Positions 59,770-64,000 of a stretch of DNA of 64,000 nt are shown here, piece by piece. A program made the translations under genes and the position numbers. The notes below the pieces were generated by a model. The model saw only the letters and a program-made list of their open reading frames with translations. It was not told the origin of the DNA and ran no database searches. This stretch comes from Nitrospirota bacterium. Its GTDB lineage: Bacteria; Nitrospirota; UBA9217. How positions within the stretch are numbered: the stretch's first letter is position 1; each line of letters starts with the position of its first letter. Location: positions 192,001 through 256,000 of the forward strand of contig CAWIYV010000007.1 in assembly GCA_963840455.1 (NCBI GenBank), given 5' to 3'.

Positions 59770-60224
59770 TGTCCTACCTCCCATAACACGTGTTAGATCG
59801 TTGTTTCCTAGCCTTGTTTAAGCAATTTGTGCTAAAGGCCGATTAGAGAAAGCAAAAAATGCTAGAAATGGCTGCAACTCTCAGCGATCGTTCACACATT
59901 TGAATCATGAGATGACAATTACTTTTATAATAACGCCAGGAAAGTGTCTGTGATTCGAGTTACAATATCTTGGGATACCTATCATATGGTTGTTGAAGGT
60001 TCACGCCTCGTCGGCATATGTCAAGAGCGGAGCGCCTGCGGTGATGCTACCCGATAGTAATGACGAACCCCTGATTATTGTACCAGTTAGAGATTTGTAC
60101 TTTTGAGTCGTGATGGCTCCCATTTTTTTGCACTGATCTGCAATTTTCAACCCGTATTCTGCTCTTATTGTCTATCGAGTTTTAGTGCGTACTTGTAGGC
60201 GAACTAATATAATTTGAGAGGTGA

Positions 60225-60935
60225 ATGATGGCAAACTATCTTCTCATACACGGAGCCATGCGCGGCGCATGGCTGTGGGACAAGCTGATGCCGCTCTTGA
60301 TGAAGGGCGGGGGGAACCCCATCGCGGTCGACCTGCCGGGCCACGGTGACCGGAAGGCTGACAGTTCATGGGTGACCATGTCCAATTACATAAGCGACGT
60401 CATCGATTTCATCAGGAAGGAGAACCTCAAGGACCTGGTGCTCGTGGGCCACAGCATGTCGGGGATCATCATAAGCAAGGTGGCGGAAGAGATGCCGGAA
60501 AGGATAAAGCACCTGGTCTACCTGGCAGCGGTGGTGCCGAAGGACAACGAGGCGCTCATCGACCTGCTCACGAAGGAACGTCAGGAAACGCTCCAGAAGC
60601 TGCACGGGAAGGTGAAGGAGGTCTTTGGAACGCCGGAGCAGCTGGGGCCGATGTACTTCACCGACCAGGAAGGCGAGGAGAAGGAATTCTACATGAAGCA
60701 GCTGACGCCACAGCCGCTTGCGCCCTTCTTCGAGAAGATCCACTTCAATCAGTTCCCGAAGATCGATACCCCCAAGACCTATATCCTGGGGCTCAGGGAC
60801 AAGAGCCTGCCGCCTGAACTGACGAGAAAGTTTGCCGAACGGCTGGAGGTGACGCCGGTGGAAATAGACGCGGGCCACGACATGATGGTGTCGCGGCCCG
60901 ACGAAGTAGCGAAGGTACTGCTGCATATCGAATGA
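60225..60935 (+). CDS. Alpha/beta-fold hydrolase (esterase family)
   Basis: LIHGA, DLPGHG, nucleophile elbow GHSMSG, catalytic Asp and AGH. Confidence 0.88.
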   Translation: MMANYLLIHGAMRGAWLWDKLMPLLMKGGGNPIAVDLPGHGDRKADSSWVTMSNYISDVIDFIRKENLKDLVLVGHSMSGIIISKVAEEMPERIKHLVYLAAVVPKDNEALIDLLTKERQETLQKLHGKVKEVFGTPEQLGPMYFTDQEGEEKEFYMKQLTPQPLAPFFEKIHFNQFPKIDTPKTYILGLRDKSLPPELTRKFAERLEVTPVEIDAGHDMMVSRPDEVAKVLLHIE

Positions 60936-60968
60936 ACCGAGCAGTCACAAAAGGGTGAGGGGGTAGTG

Positions 60969-61295
60969 CTAATCCTTGTGACAGCGCTTGCAGCTGTTCG
61001 CGTCCTTTACATCGAACGCTTTTGTGCCATCGTGGCATTTCCCACAGAAGGCGCCCTTGGTCAGGGCGCTCATTTCGATTTTATACGACGTTCCGCCCAT
61101 CTGGAATGTCTTGTAATGGCAGTCGTTGCACTTGAAGCCCTTGAGGGTCACGTGTTGTTCATGCTTGAACAGCACCTTGCCGGCCCCTTTGGGATTGAAC
61201 TCCACATCACCGCCACCGACCTTGGACAGGGCCGTGAACGGCGCAAGGGTCATCGCCCCCGCCAGGAACGCAGTCGCCACAATGGCTGCCTTCAT
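60969..61295 (-). CDS. c7-type trihaem cytochrome c
   Basis: Signal peptide, FKHEQH, CNDCH, CGKCH, CKRCH. Confidence 0.9.
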   Translation of the reverse strand: MKAAIVATAFLAGAMTLAPFTALSKVGGGDVEFNPKGAGKVLFKHEQHVTLKGFKCNDCHYKTFQMGGTSYKIEMSALTKGAFCGKCHDGTKAFDVKDANSCKRCHKD

Positions 61296-61313
61296 AATGA
61301 TGTCCTCCTTGGA

Positions 61314-61628
61314 TCACCTCTTGTGGCATCGGGTGCAGTTCTTTGCTGAAGCTGCGTCAAAGCTTTTCATGCCGTTATGGCAGTGCGAGCAAAAATCGCG
61401 CTTGGTGATCGATTCCTTTTTCATTTCGTACCCCTGCCCCTTGGAGAACTTTTGGAAGTGGCAGGCCGCGCACTTGAGTCCCCGGGCTTTTGAATGGAAG
61501 TCGTGACTGAACTGCACGGGGTCGACACCCACAGGCTTGAATTCGATGTCCCCGCCGCCGACAGCAGATGCCGTCGATGCCGCGGCAAGGAGGAACAGTA
61601 TGGCGTTCAACAATAATGCGTTCCGCAT
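61314..61628 (-). CDS. c7-type trihaem cytochrome c
   Basis: Signal peptide, FSHDFH, CAACH, CSHCH, CTRCH. Confidence 0.9.
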   Translation of the reverse strand: MRNALLLNAILFLLAAASTASAVGGGDIEFKPVGVDPVQFSHDFHSKARGLKCAACHFQKFSKGQGYEMKKESITKRDFCSHCHNGMKSFDAASAKNCTRCHKR

Positions 61629-61645
61629 GGTACCCCCGGAATGGT

Positions 61646-61966
61646 CTATTTATGGCACTTGGCGCAGTTTTCCGTGGCCTTCACATCGAAGGATTTCTGT
61701 CCGTTGTGGCACTTTCCGCAGAAATCCCCCTTGGTGAGCTTGCTCATGTCCATCTTGTACGAACCCTGCGCCATCTGGAATATCTGGTAATGACAGCCGG
61801 TGCACTTGATGCCCTTGTCCTTGACGTGGGCCTCATGGCTGAACGTCACCGGGCTCGCGTTCTTGGGCGTGAACTTGATGTCTCCGCCACCGACCTTCTG
61901 TGCGGCGGCCGTATACGGGACAACCAGACACATAACCAGAAGCACGGTCACTGCTATTTTCTTCAT
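61646..61966 (-). CDS. c7-type trihaem cytochrome c
   Basis: Signal peptide, FSHEAH, CTGCH, CGKCH, CAKCH; GGAGG RBS. Confidence 0.9.
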   Translation of the reverse strand: MKKIAVTVLLVMCLVVPYTAAAQKVGGGDIKFTPKNASPVTFSHEAHVKDKGIKCTGCHYQIFQMAQGSYKMDMSKLTKGDFCGKCHNGQKSFDVKATENCAKCHK

Positions 61967-62011
61967 CAGTCAATACCTCCCCCTCATCAATAAAATAACC
62001 CTATGTCACGG

Positions 62012-62020
62012 ATTATAGCA
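62012..62020 (-). promoter_or_regulatory. Extended -10 promoter for the cytochrome cluster
   Basis: Minus strand reads TGCTATAAT about 45 nt upstream of the first c7 gene. Confidence 0.5.
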
Positions 62021-62123
62021 TAGTGGTCACGAAACACAAGCCTTTCTTTATGAATATCATACGGTTGAATGCGGCTTCTGGTATAATTGAACCGTACAAA
62101 CATTCCCTTCGAGAGGTGACGCC

Positions 62124-62927
62124 ATGCTCAAGGAAAGCACGCAGCAAATCATCCGGGATTCTCTCGGACCGCTGAAGCAGCCGGTCAGGGTAGTGCTGTT
62201 CACAAGCGATACGGGCTGCGATATATGTCCGGACGCTATCCTTACTGCCCGCGCCATGAAGGCCGCATCGGCCAAGATCGCGCTAGAGACCTATGACATC
62301 GCCATGGACCGTGACAAGAGCGATGAATACGGCGTGAAGAGGGTCCCGACCTTTGCTGTTCAGGCGCAGGACGGGAGGATGATCAAGTTCAGCGGCACGC
62401 TGGAAGGGGTATCGCTCCTCCTTCTTTTAGATACCGTGCACAGCATCGCGGGAGCCCGGCCATGGTTTCCCGAGAAGATCCGCAGCACCCTCAAGATGCT
62501 CTCCCAGAAGATCCCGGTCCAGGTGCTCCTCGAGAATGACTGCGCCCTATGCAAACCCGTGGCAGAGACGGCGGTCGGCCTTGCACTGACGAACAAGCAC
62601 GTTTCGACGGAGGTCATCGTTGCCGACGATTATCCGGAACTGCTGTCGACGCTCAAGGTGAAGATCCTGCCGTTCACCGTCTTCGGCAAGCAGCTCACCC
62701 TGGAAGGCCATGTGAGCGAGAGCTCGTTCCTGGAGATGCTTTTCAGGGCAGAGGGGCAGAAGGCCGCAGGCCTGGACGTGCGGTGCGTTGTGTGCGGTCA
62801 GCCGTCGCCCGAACTTGTCTGCAGATCGTGCAAGACAAAGATCCAGGCGGAAGCGGTGGATCACAAACGGAAGGACGAAAAGCTCTCTGACCGGGGCAGC
62901 GCCATGGGGCCGCACAACCATGGGTGA
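62124..62927 (+). CDS. Two-domain thioredoxin-fold protein disulfide oxidoreductase with C-terminal Cys4 motif
   Basis: CDIC..VPT and CALC..LPF in two thioredoxin folds; tail CVVC...CRSC. Confidence 0.75.
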   Translation: MLKESTQQIIRDSLGPLKQPVRVVLFTSDTGCDICPDAILTARAMKAASAKIALETYDIAMDRDKSDEYGVKRVPTFAVQAQDGRMIKFSGTLEGVSLLLLLDTVHSIAGARPWFPEKIRSTLKMLSQKIPVQVLLENDCALCKPVAETAVGLALTNKHVSTEVIVADDYPELLSTLKVKILPFTVFGKQLTLEGHVSESSFLEMLFRAEGQKAAGLDVRCVVCGQPSPELVCRSCKTKIQAEAVDHKRKDEKLSDRGSAMGPHNHG

Positions 62928-63081
62928 ACTGGAGGACCGAATGCCGGATCCAGAAGCGAGCGCATTCTCGGTAGCTTGCTGCGGGATTGGCGAGCGATGA
63001 GCGTAATGATAATTCCTTGAGGATTGAAGATTCCCTGAAGCATGCTGAAGGGAGCTTCAATGACCGACCGGAGCGCATATC

Positions 63082-64000
63082 ATGAAACAGGCGATGTTCC
63101 AGGAGCCCAAAGAGGGGAACAAGGTCCTGTGCGGTCTTTGTTCCCACCGCTGTCTGATCGCACCAGGCCACCGCGGCATTTGCGCGGTCCGCGAGAACCG
63201 CGACGGGACACTGGTCAGCCTTGTCTATGACCGGATCATCGCCCGGAACATCGACCCCATCGAAAAGAAGCCGCTCTTCCATTTTCTTCCCGGGAGCCTG
63301 TCCTTTTCTATTGCCACGCCGGGATGCAATTTTCGCTGCAAACACTGCCAGAACGCCGACATCTCGCAGCTCCCCCGCGACCGGGGGGGCGTGGTCCCGG
63401 GCGAGCCCGTGACGCCCGCAGAGATTGTGGCATCCGCCCTGCGGTACCGCTGTGCCAGCATCTCCTATACGTACACCGAACCAACCATCTTCTTCGAACT
63501 GGCCTATGACACGGCGAAGCTGGCCCGTGAGAAGGGCCTCAAGAACGTCTTTGTGACGAACGGCTACATCACGCCCGAGGCGCTGCGGGAGATCCGCCCT
63601 TACCTCGATGCGGCGAACATCGACCTGAAGGGATATACGGACGATTTTTACAAGAGTGTCTGCGGCGCCCGGCTGCAGCCCGTGCTGGACTCGATCCGGC
63701 TGTACCATGAGCTGGGCATCTGGATCGAGATCACGACGCTCGTCATTCCGGGCCATAACGATGGTGACGCAGAGCTCGGCCAGATCGCTGCATTCGTCCG
63801 ATCCGTTGGCGCGGAGATCCCCTGGCACGTGACACGTTTTCATCCGACCTACAAACTGACGGATCAGCCGCCTACGCCGCTCGGAACACTGAAACGGGCC
63901 CGACAAATCGGTCTCGATGCCGGGCTCCGGTACGTATACGAAGGGAACATCCCTGGCGAGGGAGAAGAAACGCTCTGCTGGACCTGCCGGAAGTCGCTGG
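63082..64000 (+). CDS. amrS: AmmeMemoRadiSam system radical SAM enzyme (partial, runs off the window)
   Basis: Translated by hand: CGLCSHRC...GICAVREN, DPIEKKPLFHF, GCNFRCKHCQN, SYTYTEP, VTNG. Confidence 0.9.
   Translation, partial: MKQAMFQEPKEGNKVLCGLCSHRCLIAPGHRGICAVRENRDGTLVSLVYDRIIARNIDPIEKKPLFHFLPGSLSFSIATPGCNFRCKHCQNADISQLPRDRGGVVPGEPVTPAEIVASALRYRCASISYTYTEPTIFFELAYDTAKLAREKGLKNVFVTNGYITPEALREIRPYLDAANIDLKGYTDDFYKSVCGARLQPVLDSIRLYHELGIWIEITTLVIPGHNDGDAELGQIAAFVRSVGAEIPWHVTRFHPTYKLTDQPPTPLGTLKRARQIGLDAGLRYVYEGNIPGEGEETLCWTCRKSL

Noticed and set aside
59815-59845. Sigma54 promoter for pilA (minus strand TAGCACAAATTGCT)
   Set aside because: Lacks the GG dinucleotide and is 2 nt short of the -24/-12 spacing.
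1-64000. CRISPR array, rRNA, prophage or defence island
   Set aside because: No regularly spaced repeats, rRNA signatures, phage structural genes or recognisable defence genes were seen.

Overview
GC-rich bacterial chromosomal window from an anaerobe. Gene content suggests Nitrospirota or Desulfobacterota; this is an inference, and all family assignments below come from motifs and recalled homologues, not database searches. 1-14.2 kb: a nitrogen/C1 redox region with a probable mvhD 3' end, metV, metF, a split glutamate-synthase-like set (two FMN/Fe-S subunits plus a GATase-GXGXG fusion), an NrpR-type regulator, a structured intergenic leader and a second three-gene glutamate synthase. 14-31 kb: mostly housekeeping genes (MFS, dsbC, selB, selA, rnr, glnE, lipid A acyltransferase), with a small islet bracketed by a diverged duplicate of the selB 3' end. 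31.6-43.3 kb: TauE/DUF1634, SulP and a six-gene hydrogenase-4-like (Ehr) complex whose large subunit lacks the Ni-Fe cysteine ligands. 43-57 kb: cell-envelope and housekeeping genes. 57.3-62 kb: an AT-rich, decaying Geobacter-type pilin locus (intact short PilA-N-type pilin, a PilA-C-like gene split by an ISL3 element with an 8-bp target duplication, and an ABC permease remnant), followed by three tandem c7-type trihaem cytochromes. The window ends inside amrS. No rRNA, tRNA or CRISPR array was seen.
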